From NCBI GenBank assembly GCA_965221795.1, contig OZ244914.1, forward strand, positions 303,180 to 367,179: DNA of 64,000 nucleotides, written 5' to 3'. This DNA is from Candidatus Poriferihabitaceae bacterium (GTDB lineage Bacteria; Pseudomonadota; Gammaproteobacteria; Arenicellales; Poriferihabitantaceae). Of the stretch, positions 33,025 through 41,493 are shown in pieces (position 1 is the first letter of the stretch; every line of letters begins with the position of its first letter). The notes under the pieces are model-generated. The model was not told the origin of the DNA. It made no database searches and saw nothing but the letters and a program-made list of their open reading frames with translations. Position numbers and translations under genes: made by a program.

Positions 33025-34203
33025 ATGCGGGGGATGAATTCGGAGTCTGTGGACCTGATCTATCTGGATCCCCCGTTCAACTCCAAAGCCGATTATGCGG
33101 CTCCGATCGGCAGCCGGGCTGCCGGTGCCGAATTCAAGGATACCTGGACCTTGCAGGACGTGGATATCGCCTGGCTGGACCTGATCGAAAACAAACACCC
33201 GAAATGATGGCGGGTCATACAGGCTGCCATGACCAACAGCGATAAGTCCTATTTGATTTACATGGCAGTACGGTTGTTGGAAATGCAGCGGCTGCTGAAA
33301 CCAACAGGAAGCATTTATCTTCATTGTGATCCGACGATGAGCCACTATTTGAAACTGGTTATGGATGCCATCTTTGGACGGGAAAATTTCAAGAATGATA
33401 TTATTTGGAATCGCTCAGGAGGATTCAAACGGAAAACGGCTCGCCTTTTTCCCACCAAAAACGACAATATTCTCTTTTATGCACTGGACAGTAAAATCCA
33501 TACATTTTCTACCCAATACAGACCTCACAGGCCGGAATACATAAAGCGGTTTAAGGCCGACGCTTCTGGAAGGCTGTTTCGTTCTGATGTCAATCCAACT
33601 GGCGGCGGTCGCCGTACCATTTATCTGGATGAAACTTTAGGAGATATTGTCGACTCTGTTTGGATAGATATTCCTCCTGCAAATCCGGCGGCAAAAGAAC
33701 GTGTGGGTTATCCAACACAGAAACCGATTGCTTTGTTGCGACGCATCCTGAAAGCTTCCTGTCCCGAAAACGGGGTTGTGCTGGATCCTTTTTGTGGATG
33801 TGCTACCACGTGCGTTGCAGCGGAAGAATTAAGCAGGCAATGGGTGGGAATTGATATCAGTTCCAAAGCCTATGATCTGGTCAAGGATCGAATGGACCGG
33901 GAAATCGGCTTCTCTACCTATACTTGCCCCCATCGCACGGATATTCCCCAGAGAACGGATATCCAGCCATTAAAGCGGTATAACCACCCGGACAACCGGA
34001 AATACCTGTACGGCGAACAGGGAGGGATCTGTAACGGCTGCCGGGAACATTTTCTGATCCAGAATTTTACGGTAGATCACATCATTTCTCGCAAGCAAGG
34101 AGGGACCGATCATCTGGACAATCTGCAATTGCTCTGTGCCCGATGCAACTCGGTCAAGGGAGACCGAGGGCAGGAGTATCTTATAACAAGACTGGCTGCG
34201 TGA
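33025..34203 (+). pseudogene. beta-class N6A/N4C DNA methyltransferase fused to a C-terminal HNH nuclease domain, interrupted by an in-frame TGA
   Basis: Motif IV DLIYLDPPFNS lies upstream of motif I (VLDPFCGCATT). The HNH motif is CNGC...DHIISRKQGGTDHLDNLQLLCARCNSVKG. ORFs 33025..33207 and 33229..34203 are in the same frame and are separated by TGA at 33205-33207. Homology (ANQTIWTGDNLPIM) extends upstream of 33025 without a canonical start. Confidence 0.75.
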
Positions 34204-34211
34204 CCTGTCGA

Positions 34212-35156
34212 CTACGCCTGGATCAAATCCACATAACGCAACCGCTTCCCCTCCATTCGCCTGACCATCCAGTCCATCTGGTCCATGGTGTCCAGTTCGC
34301 GGTCATTGAACCGCCCGGAAAATTCATGGACATAACGGTTCAAGTGCTTCTCGCTCATATGGTGGTAAGTGCCATGGTAGCCCCGCTTCAGTAACGCCCA
34401 AAACGACTCAATGCCGTTGGTGTGGGCTTGGTCGTTCACCCACTCACTAACCGAATGTTTCACCGTTTCATGGGGATTCGGGAGCCCTTGGTAGCCCTTC
34501 CATTCGTCGCTGTAAATCGTGGTCGTGTATTCGGTGACCTCGCCCAGGAATTCGTGCAGGCAGGTTCTGCTGGCCGAAGGAATGACCTTGGCTTGGATGG
34601 TGTTGGTTTCCCGATCCTTGGCTCCGACCACCGTCGCTTTCCCCACGGCTCCCCGACCCGCATGTAGTTTCTTGTGGGCATGCTTGTTGATCTCCTTGCC
34701 GCCGATGTAAGTCTCATCTACTTCTACCGGCCCCGGGAACTGACCCGTTTCGGATTGGAAAACATCCCGGAGCCGATGCAGCATAAACCAGGCCGCTTTC
34801 TGTCCAATGCCCAATTCCCGGTGCAGTTTCATCGAACTGATGCCTTTCAGGTTCGTAGTGAACAGGTAAATGCCCACGGCCCAATGACGATACTTGATCT
34901 TGGAGCCTTCCATCACCGAGCCTTTCTTTACGCTGAACATCGGCTTGCCCTTACACTCCCGGCAACGATGGGTCATGGTGGGATGCGTAATATCACTTTG
35001 CACATTGTGGGTTCCACAATGAGGGCAGACCGGACCATCCGGCCACCGCCATTCCTCAATCCATTTGCGGGCGCTTTCCTCGGTGCCAAACATTTCCGCA
35101 ATTTCCAGAAGCGTTAATCCTTTCCTTTTGTACTTACCGGGTGCTGACTGGGCCAT
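34212..35156 (-). CDS. IS1595-family (ISXO2-like) DDE transposase
   Basis: 314 aa with an N-terminal zinc ribbon (CPHCG...CRECK) and a DDE_Tnp_IS1595-type core (VEVDETYIGGK...IYSDEWKGY...HTNGIESFWALLKRG). Confidence 0.9.
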   Translation of the reverse strand: MAQSAPGKYKRKGLTLLEIAEMFGTEESARKWIEEWRWPDGPVCPHCGTHNVQSDITHPTMTHRCRECKGKPMFSVKKGSVMEGSKIKYRHWAVGIYLFTTNLKGISSMKLHRELGIGQKAAWFMLHRLRDVFQSETGQFPGPVEVDETYIGGKEINKHAHKKLHAGRGAVGKATVVGAKDRETNTIQAKVIPSASRTCLHEFLGEVTEYTTTIYSDEWKGYQGLPNPHETVKHSVSEWVNDQAHTNGIESFWALLKRGYHGTYHHMSEKHLNRYVHEFSGRFNDRELDTMDQMDWMVRRMEGKRLRYVDLIQA

Positions 35157-35269
35157 GATTCTGTCTCGGTTACGATTTACTGAATAGTAACATTATGGTC
35201 AATTTGTGTCAACTGAAAATGTTACTTTTCGATATAATTCCCTAACAAAAAAATAATCGTATTGGGCGG

Positions 35270-36955
35270 GCTGCGGATTGCGGCCGTTTCTCGATTTGCT
35301 ACACTGACACGGAGAACTGTGTCACGCCAGTATTTGCTGCGGATTGCGGCCGTTTCTCGATTTGCTACACTTCCAGCGGGTGCGATGGCGCCAGCCAAAG
35401 GGCTGCGGATTGCGGCCGTTTCTCGATTTGCTACACTTCCATCAAGGATATCGAGAGCATCCATACGCTGCGGATTGCGGCCGTTTCTCGATTTGCTACA
35501 CTACGCTTACGAAGGATGCTCCGCGAAGCGGCGCTGCGGATTGCGGCCGTTTCTCGATTTGCTACACTCCCAAACAGTATCTGCCTTCTCAAGCCGAAGC
35601 TGCGGATTGCGGCCGTTTCTCGATTTGCTACACTACGCTTACGAAGGATGCTCCGCGAAGCGGCGCTGCGGATTGCGGCCGTTTCTCGATTTGCTACACT
35701 AGCTTGGCCCTTATTAGCCAGTGCCTGTAAGCTGCGGATTGCGGCCGTTTCTCGATTTGCTACACTTCCATACTAAGCGACTCCTAAAGAAGATAAGCTG
35801 CGGATTGCGGCCGTTTCTCGATTTGCTACACTGAGAAGGGCCATCCATGGCGGCCATCTCGCGGCTGCGGATTGCGGCCGTTTCTCGATTTGCTACACTG
35901 AAGTAAAATCTCGACAAATCATGAATTTGGCTGCGGATTGCGGCCGTTTCTCGATTTGCTACACTACCGCCGCCTAAGTACTCACGATTGGCAGAGCTGC
36001 GGATTGCGGCCGTTTCTCGATTTGCTACACTTTTTGAGGTGATTAGCCCGAACACCGTAAAGCTGCGGATTGCGGCCGTTTCTCGATTTGCTACACTAGT
36101 AATATGTGGACGGATTGTCTCGCCCGGGCTGCGGATTGCGGCCGTTTCTCGATTTGCTACACTCGCAAGCGTTTGTTTAAGTCTCGCGCAGACGCTGCGG
36201 ATTGCGGCCGTTTCTCGATTTGCTACACTCTCACGAAGCATGGGAATCCATCTCTCGAAGCTGCGGATTGCGGCCGTTTCTCGATTTGCTACACTAGCAG
36301 CCAAGGCGCCTTGCGTTTGCATAGAGCTGCGGATTGCGGCCGTTTCTCGATTTGCTACACTCACCTCGTGTTGCTCCTGCTGCTGTTTCATGCTGCGGAT
36401 TGCGGCCGTTTCTCGATTTGCTACACTACCAAAGAGTGTCCTGTGTCAAGAGAGACCGCTGCGGATTGCGGCCGTTTCTCGATTTGCTACACTCTCACGC
36501 AACATCGGAATCCAGCGCTCGAAGCTGCGGATTGCGGCCGTTTCTCGATTTGCTACACTCCGTCCTTAGTCGTGGCTAGACTCGCTCAGGCTGCGGATTG
36601 CGGCCGTTTCTCGATTTGCTACACTACAGGTTAGTCAACAAAACGCTCGTTCTGCGCTGCGGATTGCGGCCGTTTCTCGATTTGCTACACTCCATCAGGC
36701 GACTCCAAGTGAGGATAAAGGGCTGCGGATTGCGGCCGTTTCTCGATTTGCTACACTTTGCTCTGTAACGTGGGGTGAAAGCGCAGAGCTGCGGATTGCG
36801 GCCGTTTCTCGATTTGCTACACTTACCACCAAGGGCAGTGCCGATGCCGAGAAGCTGCGGATTGCGGCCGTTTCTCGATTTGCTACACTGGAATTCTGAC
36901 TGATCGCCCACGCCTCATCGCTGCGGATTGCGGCCGTTTCTCGATTTGCTACACT
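35270..36955 (+). CRISPR. CRISPR array, part 2: 26 copies of the same 36-bp repeat with 30-nt spacers
   Basis: The 66-bp period is exact from 35270 to the last repeat at 36920-36955. The repeat is identical to that of part 1. Confidence 0.97.
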
Positions 36956-37005
36956 TGCCCATGATGTAGGGCATTGAAAAAAAGCCGATTTTGCCCGCCC
37001 ACTGG

Positions 37006-37341
37006 TCAAAAAAGTTCCAGTTGGGCGGGCGGGTTCGGCAATGTCTGTCGTTTTTTTCCGACATGGATCTCTATCCGACCGAACTGTTTGTCGGTGATTG
37101 TCAGGAATCGGACTTCCCCTGCGAAAGGTACCCGGTGACCCATCCTTGCAGTGTGAACCTTGGCGTTTTCAATAGATGCGCAGTGCCGTATGTAAACGGA
37201 ATACTGCATCATCGTAAAACCGTCTTTTATTAGCTCTTTCCGAAATCTGGCATAGGCCTTACGGGCTGTTGGCGTGTCTGTGGGAAGGTCGAACATTGCA
37301 ATTACCCACATCGAACGCCAACCCCATGGGATTGCTTTCAC
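37006..37341 (-). CDS. cas2: CRISPR-associated endoribonuclease Cas2
   Basis: 111 aa with a Cas2-type translation (IAMFDLPTDTPTARKAYARFRKELIKDGFTMMQYSVYIRHC). It lies directly downstream of cas1. Confidence 0.9.
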   Translation of the reverse strand: MKAIPWGWRSMWVIAMFDLPTDTPTARKAYARFRKELIKDGFTMMQYSVYIRHCASIENAKVHTARMGHRVPFAGEVRFLTITDKQFGRIEIHVGKKRQTLPNPPAQLELF

Positions 37342-37367
37342 CCTTTCTGCCTTCGTCAGAGGATATA

Positions 37368-38303
37368 TCAGCCTGCGTCTGTGATATCAGACTGCCCGGG
37401 TTCCACCGGCAGACCCTCGGGTAAGGAAAGCTTCTGTTCTCCGCCAGTCAGAACTTGGCAAAGGGAAACCGCACTGGTATGCAAGGCTAGCAGCAATGGT
37501 TCCTTACGGCCTCCAACAAGAATGGTTTCGTTGAGTAATGCGAGGAGTTCAGCGCGATTTTTCCGTATCGATAGATCGGGTACTGGCTCGCCTTCATCCT
37601 CTGTCAACTGCCGGACACGCCAGTCAACGTATGGCCGATACGGCTCCAACAGATCGTCCGCCAGACAGAAAGGGTTGCTCCGGTGGCGGTGATGTACACC
37701 CAGAGATGGGATCAGTCCCACTGCGACCACGGCCCGGGCGATTGCAGCACGAACAACAGCATAGCCGTAATTCAGTAGTGCATTCACGCCTCCAGCACTC
37801 CGGTCCCGACGGAAATCCTTGCCGAACAGGCGAGGCCAGTATCTCTGTGCAGCCTGTGCCTCAAGATTTTCCGGATCGCCAGAACGTACTCGGCGAGCCA
37901 TGGCGGTGAGGCCTCCATGACTATCGGTGAAATGCGACAGTACGGCAGCCTGCTGCCTGATCTTGGCTTGTACGATCTCCTGCCATGCACGTTTTGAGGT
38001 CGGCTTACTGGCACCGACCTGCGCACGATGCCGTTCCGTCTGAATATGATGCGCATCAAGAGGCAACATCATTCCGACGGGTAAATGGTCGTGGCCGGTG
38101 ACCAGCACGGTTGCACCGGCCTCCAAAAGCGAAAGAAAGACAGACTGCGTGTAGGTCGCCTGGATGTCGTCGACAATCACTACACCCAAGTCTTCGATCG
38201 GGAGCGTCGCCTTTGGCAGGTCGAGCCGCTCGATCACAAGCTGTGAATTCGCAACGGAAAGGCGAGTTCCGGGAGTTGAGAATTCCACGGTCTTGCGGAT
38301 CAT
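37368..38303 (-). CDS. cas1: CRISPR-associated endonuclease Cas1 (type II)
   Basis: 311 aa with a Cas1-type translation (NALLNYGYAVVRAAIARAVVAVGLIPSLGVHHRHRSNPFCLADDLLEPYRP). Confidence 0.92.
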   Translation of the reverse strand: MIRKTVEFSTPGTRLSVANSQLVIERLDLPKATLPIEDLGVVIVDDIQATYTQSVFLSLLEAGATVLVTGHDHLPVGMMLPLDAHHIQTERHRAQVGASKPTSKRAWQEIVQAKIRQQAAVLSHFTDSHGGLTAMARRVRSGDPENLEAQAAQRYWPRLFGKDFRRDRSAGGVNALLNYGYAVVRAAIARAVVAVGLIPSLGVHHRHRSNPFCLADDLLEPYRPYVDWRVRQLTEDEGEPVPDLSIRKNRAELLALLNETILVGGRKEPLLLALHTSAVSLCQVLTGGEQKLSLPEGLPVEPGQSDITDAG

Positions 38304-38315
38304 GATGGTATGGTT

Positions 38316-41300
38316 TCAGTCGTTTGCCGGACGGACCCGGCCAGCTGGGTCGACGGAAACCTTCCTTCCGCCGCCTTTGACGATTGCAGTTGCTTTAGGA
38401 CGAAACTCGGAAGTTCCGGTCGCATCATCATGATCAACCATAACAACTTGGCCCGATGTCCAGACACCTTTGACAATTCGAATTTTCTCTTCACCATTCT
38501 TGGCAAATTGCAACGAATCACCGGGAGATAACGACATGACAAATTTCGCACCATCTCCACGGTCACGGCAAACTACCGGTTGCCGTCGTCCAATACGTCG
38601 GGAGGCTTCCAGCAAGCTCACCACCTCATAATCGACGGTGTTATCCGGCAAACTATAGATGGCGATATGGTGGTTGTTGCCCAAGTCGGCATGACCCGTA
38701 GAAACGGATGCCATCAGATCCATTTGCCGTTTAATACGCAGGCGAACCTTCCGGATTTCCGGACCCTTTCGACCTCGCTTCGGATAGGGTGGGAAAGCCT
38801 TCTTCGGCTCTCCACCGTGCTGGTCAACCCAGCCTTTGATGATATCCCGTACCTTTTGGTCGGGCCACAGGTCCCTGTTCTTTTCCTGCAGGGTGTCCTT
38901 GCTCAGCTCCTCGACATTCTTGCGTGTTACGAAATATCGGTAAGTTGGCCGGCCCTTGGAAGCATCGTCCTCACCTGTATTGCCGTAAACTGTCTCTTTA
39001 TGCAGGGGGCCGGAAACCTTTTTTCGTACGCGATGGGATACAACAATGGTCATGACTTCCTTTTCGGCATCGCGTCGAATCGTCCCCCACGGTAGTTCAA
39101 GGCGTGGGGCTATGGAGTGGAAGTTATCCTCGTCCTGCCAGTAGCGTGAGAGTTGCTGGGTCATCCTAGGGTGACAGCACGCGACCGTCAGGGCATCAAT
39201 TGCGTGGTGCCGGTGGTCAGCACGGTTTTTTTCACCATTATCAGCCAGTATGTTGCTGAGTCCCCATAACCGGCGGAGATGTGCGGTGACCCGTCCCGAA
39301 ACAGCATGAACCTTGACAGAGGACTCTGGACCAACGTCTGGCCAAAGTTTCTTCAGATAGGTAACAGCCTCACGGGCCGCATAGCCTGTGTCGTTCAACT
39401 GTCGAGCGGCAAAATCTTCCGGAATGGACATCGCCAGGAATCTCCTGATCTTGCCATGGGACATACCAATCCCCCCACTTTTCGGTGCCTTCATTCCATA
39501 GAGTCTGGTAACCAGAGCCTCCCATCCTGCGGAATCGTCGCGAAAGAATTCATATGGAATCCGATTGCTCTTTTGGAGGTTCACATCCTTGCGGCATAGA
39601 GTCTTGTTCTTGAAACTATCATCAAGGGAGCGCGAGCGCGGCCAGATATGCTCCACTTCGAATTTTCCGGATTTGAACAAATCATCAAATGAAATGGAAT
39701 CTCCTGTGTACGGACAGAAATATCGACTCTCTTCCCACAGCATCCACTTCTCAACATCTGCCCGAGAAGGCGTAGGAATACCTTTTTCCTGAAGCTTCTC
39801 GCGTGCTGCCTTCCGGCGACGTTCCTGCCGCTTGATTCCAGCTGCCCTTTCCTCACGTTGACGTTTCGAATTACCCACATCACGCGCCATCTCGACGCGA
39901 ATCAGGTCTGGCTTTCCGAACATGTCGATCAGATTGTTAACTACCTTCCGCAGTTCATTGCGAGTGCGTGCTACCGTAGGGTTCCGCAGCTTCTTGACAT
40001 GCTCACACTCTTCCCGGTCTGCGGGACTGGGAAGGCGATCAAACACCTCGCCGGTAGGTTGCTCACGACCCGGGAAAGTGTCGGTTCGCCATGGTTCCCA
40101 GGCGGGACCGTTGATGATTTCACCAAATCGGACGCCAGCTTCAAGATGCGGCAGCATCGCCTGCAGCGCATCAATGGAATAGGGCTCCCACCCGGGTGAG
40201 AATTTCAGGATCTCGATTGCAGATGCCTGATCATCGGATAGATCAAATTCCGCGGCCAAACGGCGTACGGTTTCCGACCTGCGGGACTGACGCTCGGATG
40301 CAGGGAGAATAGTCACGCGCTGGCCGCCGACTTCATCGTAGTCCGCCTGCCTGATCCTGTCCGGCAGTGCATCCCTGATTTCCTGTTTGCATGGATGATC
40401 TTGCCAAGCATCCCCGAAGATTCCCGCCAGCTTTGATTCAATAGCATTGCCGAGCAGATTTCTCTCGCCGCCCTCTTCCAGATTGAATTTCAGTGCTCTC
40501 TCCTCACCAGCTTGACCACGCGCCCTGTATAGAGGTGCAAGCGCTCTCTGAACGCCTTTCCACGTCATTGATGCTTGGGTTTGAAGTCTTGCAAGTATGG
40601 CCGCTCTCTCTTCTTCATCCAGATGCCGCTGGTTTCTGCCGGTGATCGAGAGATTGTTGAGCTTTTCCAGCATACGCCTTTGCTGTGACAGCCAGGACCC
40701 CTTCGGGCAGAGACGCGCATCGGGGACAAATGGACATGTGCCAAGGGTGTTCAATCGCCAGAAAACGGGGCGCTGGAAGAAGATCGCATCCCGGATGGAA
40801 GAGCAGAATGATTCCGGCAGAAGCGGTGACCAAACGGAATCGAATTCATGCGCGACGATGTAACGTGTGGCATGTTCGCCTCTCTTGCGTTCATGCGAAC
40901 CACGCCCGGCCAGCCAGGCACCAAGGGTCTTTTCTTCACGCTTGATTTCCTTGATTGTTTTTTCGCGTGCAGAAGAGGCCTTCTTATCGTCATCACCGTC
41001 ATCAGAGGACTCGGCTCCATCCACAATCTCGTCGAGATCACGACCCTTGAAATGTCGACGCTGTGCTAGATGGTAGATGGCCCGGCCAATTTCATGCGGA
41101 GACAGGGGATACCCCTCAAATCCTCGCCTCCGCAGATCATAGGGATCCCACTTCATCACTTCGTTCCATTCCGTGGACCCTCGTTGCGGAAGGAATCCGG
41201 CCTGGAACAGTTGTTCACCGAGAATACGGCGACGCTCCCGGCGGCGGCGCAATTGACGTCGCCGCAGGCGTGCCTGCCGTCGTTCCTGATTTAATGGAAC

Positions 41301-41438
41301 ACCCCTAGGGTCCCGGGCTTCGGGAAAAATGCGGACACCAAGGCGATGGATTTTTCCTGTAGCTCTCTTCGGGTCGTGTTCTATTACGGCAAATCCGATT
41401 GATGTCGTTCCGATATCGAATCCGAAAGTCAGTGGCAT
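38316..41438 (-). CDS. cas9: type II-C Cas9 (about 1,040 aa)
   Basis: It has RuvC-I FGFDIGTTSIGFAV, an Arg-rich bridge helix RQARLRRRQLRRRRERRRIL, RuvC-II IRVEMARD, HNH FEVEHIWPRS...NKTLC...NLQKSNRIPYEF and RuvC-III DHRHHAIDAL. No csn2 or cas4 is present, hence II-C. The start is set at MPLTFGF (41438). The ORF-track extension to 41534 covers the predicted tracrRNA anti-repeat and is rejected. Confidence 0.93.
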   Translation of the reverse strand: MPLTFGFDIGTTSIGFAVIEHDPKRATGKIHRLGVRIFPEARDPRGVPLNQERRQARLRRRQLRRRRERRRILGEQLFQAGFLPQRGSTEWNEVMKWDPYDLRRRGFEGYPLSPHEIGRAIYHLAQRRHFKGRDLDEIVDGAESSDDGDDDKKASSAREKTIKEIKREEKTLGAWLAGRGSHERKRGEHATRYIVAHEFDSVWSPLLPESFCSSIRDAIFFQRPVFWRLNTLGTCPFVPDARLCPKGSWLSQQRRMLEKLNNLSITGRNQRHLDEEERAAILARLQTQASMTWKGVQRALAPLYRARGQAGEERALKFNLEEGGERNLLGNAIESKLAGIFGDAWQDHPCKQEIRDALPDRIRQADYDEVGGQRVTILPASERQSRRSETVRRLAAEFDLSDDQASAIEILKFSPGWEPYSIDALQAMLPHLEAGVRFGEIINGPAWEPWRTDTFPGREQPTGEVFDRLPSPADREECEHVKKLRNPTVARTRNELRKVVNNLIDMFGKPDLIRVEMARDVGNSKRQREERAAGIKRQERRRKAAREKLQEKGIPTPSRADVEKWMLWEESRYFCPYTGDSISFDDLFKSGKFEVEHIWPRSRSLDDSFKNKTLCRKDVNLQKSNRIPYEFFRDDSAGWEALVTRLYGMKAPKSGGIGMSHGKIRRFLAMSIPEDFAARQLNDTGYAAREAVTYLKKLWPDVGPESSVKVHAVSGRVTAHLRRLWGLSNILADNGEKNRADHRHHAIDALTVACCHPRMTQQLSRYWQDEDNFHSIAPRLELPWGTIRRDAEKEVMTIVVSHRVRKKVSGPLHKETVYGNTGEDDASKGRPTYRYFVTRKNVEELSKDTLQEKNRDLWPDQKVRDIIKGWVDQHGGEPKKAFPPYPKRGRKGPEIRKVRLRIKRQMDLMASVSTGHADLGNNHHIAIYSLPDNTVDYEVVSLLEASRRIGRRQPVVCRDRGDGAKFVMSLSPGDSLQFAKNGEEKIRIVKGVWTSGQVVMVDHDDATGTSEFRPKATAIVKGGGRKVSVDPAGRVRPAND

Positions 41439-41458
41439 GCGTGATCTTCTGTTTCTTG

Positions 41459-41486
41459 TTGCTTTATACGAATCATATGCTAATAT
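41459..41486 (+). promoter_or_regulatory. sigma70-type promoter for the predicted tracrRNA
   Basis: The promoter is TTGCTT (41459-41464), a 16-nt spacer and TAATAT (41481-41486), with an extended -10 TG at 41478-41479 (TGCTAATAT). Confidence 0.5.
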
Positions 41487-41493
41487 CGTTTCC

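Larger units (their letters stand above)
32636..35242 (-). mobile_element. IS1595-family insertion element (2,607 bp) with passenger genes, inserted in a CRISPR spacer
   Basis: The 25-bp TIR GGGAATTATATCGAATAGTAACATT (32636-32660) matches the reverse complement of 35218-35242 at 24/25. The flanking 8-bp direct repeat TAACAAAA is at 32628-32635 and 35243-35250. The element encloses an ISXO2/IS1595-type transposase. Confidence 0.9.

Noticed and set aside
33205-33207. The TGA in the methyltransferase-HNH gene read as selenocysteine or programmed read-through
   Set aside because: No SECIS-like hairpin is evident immediately downstream, and the position is not a catalytic Cys site. A nonsense mutation is the simpler reading.
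28405-36911. Many ORFs of 75-290 aa on both strands across the arrays, with recurring peptides such as SVANRETAAIRS, LRIAAVSRFATL, AADCGRFSICYT, CGLRPFLDLLH and CSKSRNGRNPQ
   Set aside because: They are translations of the 36-bp CRISPR repeat in different frames. The 66-bp period is divisible by 3, which keeps frames open. They are not genes.
29026-36955. Two independent CRISPR arrays flanking a methyltransferase/transposase island
   Set aside because: The intervening DNA has its own TIRs and an 8-bp target duplication. The residual flanks sum to exactly one 30-nt spacer, so this is one array split by an IS.
36956-37005. The 50-nt gap between the last repeat and the cas2 stop, considered as a leader or as the tracrRNA location
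   Set aside because: It is too short and has no anti-repeat complementarity. It contains only a weak hairpin (TGCCC-8 nt-GGGCA).
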